DNA from: Eledone cirrhosa
Taxonomy: Eukaryota
Direction of reading: 5' to 3'
DNA: 64,000 nucleotides
Assembly: GCA_964016885.1 (NCBI GenBank)
Contig: OZ024762.1
Coordinates: forward strand, 30,504,001-30,568,000
The notes under the pieces: model-generated
What the model saw: the letters and a program-made list of their open reading frames with translations, nothing else
Told to the model about the DNA's origin: nothing
The model's database searches: none
Shown: one piece after another, positions 1 to 12,342 of the stretch
How positions within the stretch are numbered: the stretch's first letter is position 1
Layout: the number at the start of each line of letters is the position of its first letter
Position numbers and translations under genes: made by a program

Positions 1-157
1 GTACTAGCTGTCAGAAGTAACTCCACTGTTGGTGAGAATTCATTTAAGTTCATGGTACTAGCTGTCAGAAGTAACTCCACTGTTGGTGAGAATTCATTTA
101 AGTCATGGTATTAGCTGTCAGAAGTAACTCCATTGTTGGTGAGAATTCATTTAAGTC

Positions 158-3100
158 ATGGTACTAGCTGTCAGAAGGAACTCCACTGTTGGTGAGAATT
201 CATTTAAGTTCATGGTACTAGCTGTCAGAAGTAACTCCACTGTTGGTGAGAATTCATTTAAGTTCATGGTACTAGCTGTCAGAAGTAACTCCACTGTTGG
301 TGAGAATTCATTTAAGTTCATGGTATTAGCTGTCAGAAGTCACTCCACTGTTGGTGAGAATTCATTTAAGTTCATGGTATTAGCTGTCAGAAGTAACTCC
401 ACTGTTGGTGAGAATTCATTTAAGTTCATGGTATTAGCTGTCAGAAGTAACTCCACTGTTGGTGAGAATTCATTTAAGTTCATGGTACTAGCTGTCAGAA
501 GTAACTCCACTGTTGGTGAGAATTCATTTAAGTTCATGGTACTAGCTGTCAGAAGTAACTCCACTGTTGGTGAGAATTCATTTAAGTTCATGGTATTAGC
601 TGTCAGAAGTCACTCCACTGTTGGTGAGAATTCATTTAAGTTCATGGTATTAGCTGTCAGAAGTAACTCCACTGTTGGTGAGAATTCATTTAAGTTCATG
701 GTACTAGCTGTCAGAAGTAACTCCACTGTTGGTGAGAATTCATTTAAGTTCATGGTACTAGCTGTCAGAAGTAACTCCACTGTTGGTGAGAATTCATTTA
801 AGTTCATGGTATTAGCTGTCAGAAGTAACTCCAATGTTGGTGAGAATTCATTTAAGTTCATGGTATTAGCTGTCAGAAGGAACGCCACTGTTGGTGAGAA
901 TTCATTTAAGTCATGGTATTAGCTGTCAGAAGTAACTCCATTGTTGGTGAGAATTCATTTAAGTCATGGTACTAGCTGTCAGAAGTAACTCCACTGTTGG
1001 TGAGAATTCATTTAAGTTCATGGTATTAGCTGTCAGAAGGAACTCCACTGTTGGTGAGAATTCATTTAAGTTCATGGTATTAGCTGTCAGAAGTAACTCC
1101 ACTGTTGGTGAGAATTCATTTAAGTTCATGGTACTAGCTGTCAGAAGTAACTCCACTGTTGGTGAGAATTCATTTAAGTTCATGGTACTAGCTGTCAGAA
1201 GGAACTCCACTGTTGGTGAGAATTCATTTAAGTTCATGGTATTAGCTGTCAGAAGTAACTCCAATGTTGGTGAGAATTCATTTAAGTTCATGGTATTAGC
1301 TGTCAGAAGGAACTCCACTGTTGGTGAGAATTCATTTAAGTTCATGGTATTAGCTGTCAGAAGTAACTCCACTGTTGGTGAGAATTCATTTAAGTTCACG
1401 GTACTAGCTGTCAGAAGTAACTCCAATGTTGGTGAGAATTCATATAAGTTCATGGTATTAGCTGTCAGAAGTAACTCCACTATTGGTGAGAATTCATTTA
1501 AGTTCATGGTACTAGCTGTCAGAAGTAACTCCACTGTTGGTGAGAATTCATTTAAGTTCATGGTACTAGCTGTCAGAAGTAACTCCACTGTTGGTGAGAA
1601 TTCATTTAAGTTCATGGTACTAGCTGTCAGAAGTAACTCCAATGTTGGTGAGAATTCAGTTAAGTTCATGGTATTAGTTGTCAGAAGTAACTCCACTGTT
1701 GGTGAGAATTCATTTAAATCATGGTATTAGTTGTCAGAAGTAACTCCAATGTTGCTGAGAATTCATTTAAGTTCATGGTACTAGCTGTCAGAAGTAACTC
1801 CACTGTTGGTGAGAATTCATTTAAGTTCATGGTACTAGCTGTCAGAAGTAACTCCACTGTTGGTGAGAATTCATTTAAGTTCATGGTACTAGCTGTCAGA
1901 AGTAACTCCACTGTTGGTGAGAATTCATTTAAGTCATGGTATTAGCTGTCAGAAGTAACTCCATTGTTGGTGAGAATTCATTTAAGTCATGGTACTAGCT
2001 GTCAGAAGGAACTCCACTGTTGGTGAGAATTCATTTAAGTTCATGGTACTAGCTGTCAGAAGTAACTCCACTGTTGGTGAGAATTCATTTAAGTTCATGG
2101 TACTAGCTGTCAGAAGTAACTCCACTGTTGGTGAGAATTCATTTAAGTTCATGGTATTAGCTGTCAGAAGTCACTCCACTGTTGGTGAGAATTCATTTAA
2201 GTTCATGGTATTAGCTGTCAGAAGTAACTCCACTGTTGGTGAGAATTCATTTAAGTTCATGGTATTAGCTGTCAGAAGTAACTCCACTGTTGGTGAGAAT
2301 TCATTTAAGTTCATGGTACTAGCTGTCATAAGTAACTCCACTGTTGGTGAGAATTCATTTAAGTTCATGGTACTAGCTGTCAGAAGTAACTCCACTGTTG
2401 GTGAGAATTCATTTAAGTTCATGGTATTAGCTGTCAGAAGTCACTCCACTGTTGGTGAGAATTCATTTAAGTTCATGGTATTAGCTGTCAGAAGTAACTC
2501 CACTGTTGGTGAGAATTCATTTAAGTTCATGGTACTAGCTGTCAGAAGTAACTCCACTGTTGGTGAGAATTCATTTAAGTTCATGGTACTAGCTGTCAGA
2601 AGTAACTCCAATGTTGGTGAGAATTCATTTAAGTTCATGGTATTAGCTGTCAGAAGTAACTCCACTGTTGGTGAGAATTCATTTAAGTTCATGGTACTAG
2701 CTGTCAGAAGTAACTCCACTGTTGGTGAGAATTCATTTAAGTTCATGGTATTAGCTGTCAGAAGTAACTCCACTGTTGGTGAGAATTCATTTAAGTTCAT
2801 GGTACTAGCTGTCAGAAGTAACCCCAATGTTGGTGAGAATTCATTTAAGTCATGGTACTAGCTGTCAGAAGTAACTCCACTGTTGCTGAGAATTCATTTA
2901 AGTTCATGGTATTAGCTGTCAGAAGGAACTCCACTGTTGGTGAGAATTCATTTAAGTTCATGGTACTAGCTGTCAGAAGTAACTCCACTGTTGGTGAGAA
3001 TTCATTTAAGTTCATGGTACTAGCTGTCAGAAGGAACTCCACTGTTGGTGAGAATTCATTTAAGTTCATGGTATTAGCTGTCAGAAGTAACTCCAATGTT

Positions 3101-6100
3101 GGTGAGAATTCATTTAAGTCATGGTACTAGCTGTCAGAAGTAACTCCACTGTTGGTGAGAATTCATTTAAGTTCATGGTATTAGCTGTCAGAAGGAACTC
3201 CACTGTTGGTGAGAATTCATTTAAGTTCATGGTATTAGCTGTCAGAAGTAACTCCACTGTTGGTGAGAATTCATTTAAGTTCATGGTATTAGCTGTCAGA
3301 AGTAACTCCACTGTTGGTGAGAATTCATTTAAGTTCATGGTACTAGCTGTCAGAAGTAACTCCACTGTTGGTGAGAATTCATTTAAATTCATGGTATTAG
3401 CTGTCAGAAGTAACTCCACTGTTGGTGAGAATTCATTTAAGTTCATGGTATTAGCTGTCAGAAGTAACTCCAATGTTGGTGAGAATTCATTTAAGTTCAT
3501 GGTATTAGCTGTCAGAAGGAACGCCACTGTTGGTGAGAATTCATTTAAGTCATGGTATTAGCTGTCAGAAGTAACTCCATTGTTGGTGAGAATTCATTTA
3601 AGTCATGGTACTAGCTGTCAGAAGTAACTCCACTGTTGGTGAGAATTCATTTAAGTTCATGGTATTAGCTGTCAGAAGGAACTCCACTGTTGGTGAGAAT
3701 TCATTTAAGTTCATGGTATTAGCTGTCAGAAGTAACTCCACTGTTGGTGAGAATTCATTTAAGTTCATGGTACTAGCTGTCAGAAGTAACTCCACTGTTG
3801 GTGAGAATTCATTTAAGTTCATGGTACTAGCTGTCAGAAGGAACTCCACTGTTGGTGAGAATTCATTTAAGTTCATGGTATTAGCTGTCAGAAGTAACTC
3901 CAATGTTGGTGAGAATTCATTTAAGTTCATGGTATTAGCTGTCAGAAGGAACTCCACTGTTGGTGAGAATTCATTTAAGTTCATGGTATTAGCTGTCAGA
4001 AGTAACTCCACTGTTGGTGAGAATTCATTTAAGTTCACGGTACTAGCTGTCAGAAGTAACTCCAATGTTGGTGAGAATTCATATAAGTTCATGGTATTAG
4101 CTGTCAGAAGTAACTCCACTATTGGTGAGAATTCATTTAAGTTCATGGTACTAGCTGTCAGAAGTAACTCCACTGTTGGTGAGAATTCATTTAAGTTCAT
4201 GGTACTAGCTGTCAGAAGTAACTCCACTGTTGGTGAGAATTCATTTAAGTTCATGGTACTAGCTGTCAGAAGTAACTCCAATGTTGGTGAGAATTCAGTT
4301 AAGTTCATGGTATTAGTTGTCAGAAGTAACTCCACTGTTGGTGAGAATTCATTTAAATCATGGTATTAGTTGTCAGAAGTAACTCCAATGTTGCTGAGAA
4401 TTCATTTAAGTTCATGGTACTAGCTGTCAGAAGTAACTCCACTGTTGGTGAGAATTCATTTAAGTTCATGGTACTAGCTGTCAGAAGTAACTCCACTGTT
4501 GGTGAGAATTCATTTAAGTTCATGGTACTAGCTGTCAGAAGTAACTCCACTGTTGGTGAGAATTCATTTAAGTCATGGTATTAGCTGTCAGAAGTAACTC
4601 CATTGTTGGTGAGAATTCATTTAAGTCATGGTACTAGCTGTCAGAAGGAACTCCACTGTTGGTGAGAATTCATTTAAGTTCATGGTACTAGCTGTCAGAA
4701 GTAACTCCACTGTTGGTGAGAATTCATTTAAGTTCATGGTACTAGCTGTCAGAAGTAACTCCACTGTTGGTGAGAATTCATTTAAGTTCATGGTATTAGC
4801 TGTCAGAAGTCACTCCACTGTTGGTGAGAATTCATTTAAGTTCATGGTATTAGCTGTCAGAAGTAACTCCACTGTTGGTGAGAATTCATTTAAGTTCATG
4901 GTATTAGCTGTCAGAAGTAACTCCACTGTTGGTGAGAATTCATTTAAGTTCATGGTACTAGCTGTCAGAAGTAACTCCACTGTTGGTGAGAATTCATTTA
5001 AGTTCATGGTACTAGCTGTCAGAAGTAACTCCACTGTTGGTGAGAATTCATTTAAGTTCATGGTATTAGCTGTCAGAAGTCACTCCACTGTTGGTGAGAA
5101 TTCATTTAAGTTCATGGTATTAGCTGTCAGAAGTAACTCCACTGTTGGTGAGAATTCATTTAAGTTCATGGTACTAGCTGTCAGAAGTAACTCCACTGTT
5201 GGTGAGAATTCATTTAAGTTCATGGTACTAGCTGTCAGAAGTAACTCCAATGTTGGTGAGAATTCATTTAAGTTCATGGTATTAGCTGTCAGAAGTAACT
5301 CCACTGTTGGTGAGAATTCATTTAAGTTCATGGTACTAGCTGTCAGAAGTAACTCCACTGTTGGTGAGAATTCATTTAAGTTCATGGTATTAGCTGTCAG
5401 AAGTAACTCCACTGTTGGTGAGAATTCATTTAAGTTCATGGTATTAGCTGTCAGAAGTAACTCCACTGTTGGTGAGAATTCATTTAAGTTCATGGTATTA
5501 GCTGTCAGAAGTAACTCCACTGTTGGTGAGAATTCATTTAAGTTCATGGTACTAGCTGTCAGAAGTAACTCCAATGTTGGTGAGAATTCATTTAAGTTCA
5601 TGGTATTAGCTGTCAGAAGTAACTCCACTGTTGGTGAGAATTCATTTAAGTTCATGGTACTAGCTGTCAGAAGTCACTCCACTGTTGGTGAGAATTCATT
5701 TAAGTTCATGGTATTAGCTGTCAGAAGTAACTCCACTGTTGGTGAGAATTCATTTAAGTTCATGGTATTAGCTGTCAGAAGTAACTCCACTGTTGGTGAG
5801 AATTCATTTAAGTTCATGGTATTAGCTGTCAGAAGTAACTCCACTGTTGGTGAGAATTCATTTAAGTTCATGGTACTAGCTGTCAGAAGTCACTCCACTG
5901 TTGGTGAGAATTCATTTAAATTCATGGTATTAGCTGTCAGAAGTAACTCCACTGTTGGTGAGAATTCATTTAAGTTCATGGTATTAGCTGTCAGAAGTAA
6001 CTCCACTGTTGGTGAGAATTCATTTAAGTTCATGGTATTAGCTGTCAGAAGTAACTCCACTGTTGGTGAGAATTCATTTAAGTTCATGGTACTAGCTGTC

Positions 6101-9100
6101 AGAAGTAACTCCACTGTTGGTGAGAATTCATTTAAATTCATGGTATTAGCTGTCAGAAGTAACTCCACTGTTGGTGAGAATTCATTTAAGTTCATGGTAT
6201 TAGCTGTCAGAAGTAACTCCAATGTTGGTGAGAATTCATTTAAGTTCATGGTATTAGCTGTCAGAAGGAACGCCACTGTTGGTGAGAATTCATTTAAGTC
6301 ATGGTATTAGCTGTCAGAAGTAACTCCATTGTTGGTGAGAATTCATTTAAGTCATGGTACTAGCTGTCAGAAGTAACTCCACTGTTGCTGAGAATTCATT
6401 TAAGTTCATGGTATTAGCTGTCAGAAGGAACTCCACTGTTGGTGAGAATTCATTTAAGTTCATGGTATTAGCTGTCAGAAGTAACTCCACTGTTGGTGAG
6501 AATTCATTTAAGTTCATGGTACTAGCTGTCAGAAGTAACTCCACTGTTGGTGAGAATTCATTTAAGTTCATGGTACTAGCTGTCAGAAGGAACTCCACTG
6601 TTGGTGAGAATTCATTTAAGTTCATGGTATTAGCTGTCAGAAGTAACTCCAATGTTGGTGAGAATTCATTTAAGTCATGGTACTAGCTGTCAGAAGTAAC
6701 TCCACTGTTGGTGAGAATTCATTTAAGTTCATGGTATTAGCTGTCAGAAGGAACTCCACTGTTGGTGAGAATTCATTTAAGTTCATGGTATTAGCTGTCA
6801 GAAGTAACTCCACTGTTGGTGAGAATTCATTTAAGTTCATGGTATTAGCTGTCAGAAGTAACTCCACTGTTGGTGAGAATTCATTTAAGTTCATGGTACT
6901 AGCTGTCAGAAGTAACTCCACTGTTGGTGAGAATTCATTTAAATTCATGGTATTAGCTGTCAGAAGTAACTCCACTGTTGGTGAGAATTCATTTAAGTTC
7001 ATGGTATTAGCTGTCAGAAGTAACTCCAATGTTGGTGAGAATTCATTTAAGTTCATGGTATTAGCTGTCAGAAGGAACGCCACTGTTGGTGAGAATTCAT
7101 TTAAGTCATGGTATTAGCTGTCAGAAGTAACTCCATTGTTGGTGAGAATTCATTTAAGTCATGGTACTAGCTGTCAGAAGTAACTCCACTGTTGGTGAGA
7201 ATTCATTTAAGTTCATGGTATTAGCTGTCAGAAGGAACTCCACTGTTGGTGAGAATTCATTTAAGTTCATGGTATTAGCTGTCAGAAGTAACTCCACTGT
7301 TGGTGAGAATTCATTTAAGTTCATGGTACTAGCTGTCAGAAGTAACTCCACTGTTGGTGAGAATTCATTTAAGTTCATGGTACTAGCTGTCAGAAGGAAC
7401 TCCACTGTTGGTGAGAATTCATTTAAGTTCATGGTATTAGCTGTCAGAAGTAACTCCAATGTTGGTGAGAATTCATTTAAGTTCATGGTATTAGCTGTCA
7501 GAAGGAACTCCACTGTTGGTGAGAATTCATTTAAGTTCATGGTATTAGCTGTCAGAAGTAACTCCACTGTTGGTGAGAATTCATTTAAGTTCACGGTACT
7601 AGCTGTCAGAAGTAACTCCAATGTTGGTGAGAATTCATATAAGTTCATGGTATTAGCTGTCAGAAGTAACTCCACTATTGGTGAGAATTCATTTAAGTTC
7701 ATGGTACTAGCTGTCAGAAGTAACTCCACTGTTGGTGAGAATTCATTTAAGTTCATGGTACTAGCTGTCAGAAGTAACTCCACTGTTGGTGAGAATTCAT
7801 TTAAGTTCATGGTACTAGCTGTCAGAAGTAACTCCAATGTTGGTGAGAATTCAGTTAAGTTCATGGTATTAGTTGTCAGAAGTAACTCCACTGTTGGTGA
7901 GAATTCATTTAAATCATGGTATTAGTTGTCAGAAGTAACTCCAATGTTGCTGAGAATTCATTTAAGTTCATGGTACTAGCTGTCAGAAGTAACTCCACTG
8001 TTGGTGAGAATTCATTTAAGTTCATGGTACTAGCTGTCAGAAGTAACTCCACTGTTGGTGAGAATTCATTTAAGTTCATGGTACTAGCTGTCAGAAGTAA
8101 CTCCACTGTTGGTGAGAATTCATTTAAGTCATGGTATTAGCTGTCAGAAGTAACTCCATTGTTGGTGAGAATTCATTTAAGTCATGGTACTAGCTGTCAG
8201 AAGGAACTCCACTGTTGGTGAGAATTCATTTAAGTTCATGGTACTAGCTGTCAGAAGTAACTCCACTGTTGGTGAGAATTCATTTAAGTTCATGGTACTA
8301 GCTGTCAGAAGTAACTCCACTGTTGGTGAGAATTCATTTAAGTTCATGGTATTAGCTGTCAGAAGTCACTCCACTGTTGGTGAGAATTCATTTAAGTTCA
8401 TGGTATTAGCTGTCAGAAGTAACTCCACTGTTGGTGAGAATTCATTTAAGTTCATGGTATTAGCTGTCAGAAGTAACTCCACTGTTGGTGAGAATTCATT
8501 TAAGTTCATGGTACTAGCTGTCAGAAGTAACTCCACTGTTGGTGAGAATTCATTTAAGTTCATGGTACTAGCTGTCAGAAGTAACTCCACTGTTGGTGAG
8601 AATTCATTTAAGTTCATGGTATTAGCTGTCAGAAGTCACTCCACTGTTGGTGAGAATTCATTTAAGTTCATGGTATTAGCTGTCAGAAGTAACTCCACTG
8701 TTGGTGAGAATTCATTTAAGTTCATGGTACTAGCTGTCAGAAGTAACTCCACTGTTGGTGAGAATTCATTTAAGTTCATGGTACTAGCTGTCAGAAGTAA
8801 CTCCAATGTTGGTGAGAATTCATTTAAGTTCATGGTATTAGCTGTCAGAAGTAACTCCACTGTTGGTGAGAATTCATTTAAGTTCATGGTACTAGCTGTC
8901 AGAAGTAACTCCACTGTTGGTGAAAATTCATTTAAGTTCATGGTATTAGCTGTCAGAAGTAACTCCACTGTTGGTGAGAATTCATTTAAGTTCATGGTAT
9001 TAGCTGTCAGAAGTAACTCCACTGTTGGTGAGAATTCATTTAAGTTCATGGTATTAGCTGTCAGAAGTAACTCCACTGTTGGTGAGAATTCATTTAAGTT

Positions 9101-12100
9101 CATGGTACTAGCTGTCAGAAGTAACTCCAATGTTGGTGAGAATTCATTTAAGTTCATGGTATTAGCTGTCAGAAGTAACTCCACTGTTGGTGAGAATTCA
9201 TTTAAGTTCATGGTACTAGCTGTCAGAAGTCACTCCACTGTTGGTGAGAATTCATTTAAGTTCATGGTATTAGCTGTCAGAAGTAACTCCACTGTTGGTG
9301 AGAATTCATTTAAGTTCATGGTATTAGCTGTCAGAAGTAACTCCACTGTTGGTGAGAATTCATTTAAGTTCATGGTACTAGCTGTCAGAAGTAACTCCAC
9401 TGTTGGTGAGAATTCATTTAAATTCATGGTATTAGCTGTCAGAAGTAACTCCACTGTTGGTGAGAATTCATTTAAGTTCATGGTATTAGCTGTCAGAAGT
9501 AACTCCAATGTTGGTGAGAATTCATTTAAGTTCATGGTATTAGCTGTCAGAAGGAACGCCACTGTTGGTGAGAATTCATTTAAGTCATGGTATTAGCTGT
9601 CAGAAGTAACTCCATTGTTGGTGAGAATTCATTTAAGTCATGGTACTAGCTGTCAGAAGTAACTCCACTGTTGGTGAGAATTCATTTAAGTTCATGGTAT
9701 TAGCTGTCAGAAGGAACTCCACTGTTGGTGAGAATTCATTTAAGTTCATGGTATTAGCTGTCAGAAGTAACTCCACTGTTGGTGAGAATTCATTTAAGTT
9801 CATGGTACTAGCTGTCAGAAGTAACTCCACTGTTGGTGAGAATTCATTTAAGTTCATGGTACTAGCTGTCAGAAGGAACTCCACTGTTGGTGAGAATTCA
9901 TTTAAGTTCATGGTATTAGCTGTCAGAAGTAACTCCAATGTTGGTGAGAATTCATTTAAGTCATGGTACTAGCTGTCAGAAGTAACTCCACTGTTGGTGA
10001 GAATTCATTTAAGTTCATGGTATTAGCTGTCAGAAGGAACTCCACTGTTGGTGAGAATTCATTTAAGTTCATGGTATTAGCTGTCAGAAGTAACTCCACT
10101 GTTGGTGAGAATTCATTTAAGTTCATGGTACTAGCTGTCAGAAGTAACTCCACTGTTGGTGAGAATTCATTTAAGTTCATGGTACTAGCTGTCAGAAGGA
10201 ACTCCACTGTTGGTGAGAATTCATTTAAGTTCATGGTATTAGCTGTCAGAAGTAACTCCAATGTTGGTGAGAATTCATTTAAGTCATGGTACTAGCTGTC
10301 AGAAGTAACTCCACTGTTGGTGAGAATTCATTTAAGTTCATGGTATTAGCTGTCAGAAGGAACTCCACTGTTGGTGAGAATTCATTTAAGTTCATGGTAT
10401 TAGCTGTCAGAAGTAACTCCAATGTTGGTGAGAATTCATTTAAGTCATGGTACTAGCTGTCAGAAGTAACTCCACTGTTGGTGAGAATTCATTTAAGTTC
10501 ATGGTATTAGCTGTCAGAAGGAACTCCACTGTTGGTGAGAATTCATTTAAGTTCATGGTATTAGCTGTCAGAAGTAACTCCACTGTTGGTGAGAATTCAT
10601 TTAAGTTCACGGTACTAGCTGTCAGAAGTAACTCCAATGTTGGTGAGAATTCATATAAGTTCATGGTACTAGCTGTCAGAAGTAACTCCACTGTTGGTGA
10701 GAATTCATTTAAGTTCATGGTACTAGCTGTCAGAAGTAACTCCACTGTTGGTGAGAATTCATTTAAGTTCATGGTACTAGCTGTCAGAAGTAACTCCAAT
10801 GTTGGTGAGAATTCAGTTAAGTTCATGGTATTAGTTGTCAGAAGTAACTCCACTGTTGGTGAGAATTCATTTAAATCATGGTATTAGTTGTCAGAAGTAA
10901 CTCCAATGTTGCTGAGAATTCATTTAAGTTCATGGTACTAGCTGTCAGAAGTAACTCCACTGTTGGTGAGAATTCATTTAAGTTCATGGTACTAGCTGTC
11001 AGAAGTAACTCCACTGTTGGTGAGAATTCATTTAAGTTCATGGTACTAGCTGTCAGAAGTAACTCCACTGTTGGTGAGAATTCATTTAAGTCATGGTATT
11101 AGCTGTCAGAAGTAACTCCATTGTTGGTGAGAATTCATTTAAGTCATGGTACTAGCTGTCAGAAGGAACTCCACTGTTGGTGAGAATTCATTTAAGTTCA
11201 TGGTACTAGCTGTCAGAAGTAACTCCACTGTTGGTGAGAATTCATTTAAGTTCATGGTACTAGCTGTCAGAAGTAACTCCACTGTTGGTGAGAATTCATT
11301 TAAGTTCATGGTATTAGCTGTCAGAAGTCACTCCACTGTTGGTGAGAATTCATTTAAGTTCATGGTATTAGCTGTCAGAAGTAACTCCACTGTTGGTGAG
11401 AATTCATTTAAGTTCATGGTATTAGCTGTCAGAAGTAACTCCACTGTTGGTGAGAATTCATTTAAGTTCATGGTACTAGCTGTCAGAAGTAACTCCACTG
11501 TTGGTGAGAATTCATTTAAGTTCATGGTACTAGCTGTCAGAAGTAACTCCACTGTTGGTGAGAATTCATTTAAGTTCATGGTATTAGCTGTCAGAAGTCA
11601 CTCCACTGTTGGTGAGAATTCATTTAAGTTCATGGTATTAGCTGTCAGAAGTAACTCCACTGTTGGTGAGAATTCATTTAAGTTCATGGTACTAGCTGTC
11701 AGAAGTAACTCCACTGTTGGTGAGAATTCATTTAAGTTCATGGTACTAGCTGTCAGAAGTAACTCCAATGTTGGTGAGAATTCATTTAAGTTCATGGTAT
11801 TAGCTGTCAGAAGTAACTCCACTGTTGGTGAGAATTCATTTAAGTTCATGGTACTAGCTGTCAGAAGTAACTCCACTGTTGGTGAGAATTCATTTAAGTT
11901 CATGGTATTAGCTGTCAGAAGTAACTCCACTGTTGGTGAGAATTCATTTAAGTTCATGGTACTAGCTGTCAGAAGTAACCCCAATGTTGGTGAGAATTCA
12001 TTTAAGTTCATGGTATTAGCTGTCAGAAGTCACTCCAATGTTGGTGAGAATTCATTTAAGTTCATGGTATTAGCTGTCAGAAGTCACTCCACTGTTGGTG

Positions 12101-12342
12101 AGAATTCATTTATGTTCATGGTACTAGCTGTCAGAAGTAACCCCAATGTTGGTGAGAATTCATTTAAGTTCATGGTATTAGCTGTCAGAAGTCACTCCAA
12201 TGTTGGTGAGAATTCATTTAAGTTCATGGTATTAGCTGTCAGAAGTAACTCCACTGTTGGTGAGAATTCATTTAAGTTCATGGTATTAGCTGTCAGAAGG
12301 AACTCCAATGTTGGTGAGAATTCATTTAAGTCATGGTACTAG
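158..12342. repeat. Left domain: variable-length higher-order repeat, successive units 1831, 2639, 3556 and 2962 bp
   Basis: Equivalent monomer runs start at 158, 1989, 4628, 8184 and 11146. The 14-monomer block carrying TTCACGG, TCATATAAG, CACTATTGG and TCAGTTAAG recurs at 966, 3605 and 7161. The GTTGCTGAG block recurs at 1721, 4360, 7916 and 10878. Confidence 0.85.
9640..10446. repeat. Local 6-mer HOR (323 bp), two copies plus a 3-monomer partial unit
   Basis: Identical variant order at 9640 and 9963 (offset 323 = 6x54-1). The same doublet recurs at 17877/18200, 20031/20354 and 23529/23852. Confidence 0.85.

Noticed and set aside
181-200. Hairpin or ncRNA/terminator in CTCCACTGTTGGTGAG
   Set aside because: The stem is only 3-5 bp with bulges, there is no U-tract, and no compensatory covariation is evident. 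There is no tRNA, 5S or snRNA similarity.
880-1020. Programmed frameshift or phase-variation switch at AAGTTCATG/AAGTCATG (SWY-stop ORF ends overlapping the next ATG)
   Set aside because: It is simply the consequence of a 1-bp deletion variant propagated by duplication. There is no slippery heptamer, long homopolymer or evidence of translation.
959-1696. Antisense ORFs of repeated MNLNEFSPTVELLLTA(S/N)T overlapping the + strand ORFs
   Set aside because: An 18-codon unit has roughly a 0.3-0.4 chance of being stop-free per frame, so two open frames out of six is expected by chance.
4628-6310. Long + strand ORFs (up to 560 aa) of repeated MVLAVRSNSTVGENSFKF, suggesting a giant repeat protein
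   Set aside because: The 54-bp unit is a multiple of 3, so any stop-free frame yields long ORFs. Frames are broken every few monomers by 53-bp variants and stops, most variant types are non-synonymous, and there is no unique domain, signal or gene context.
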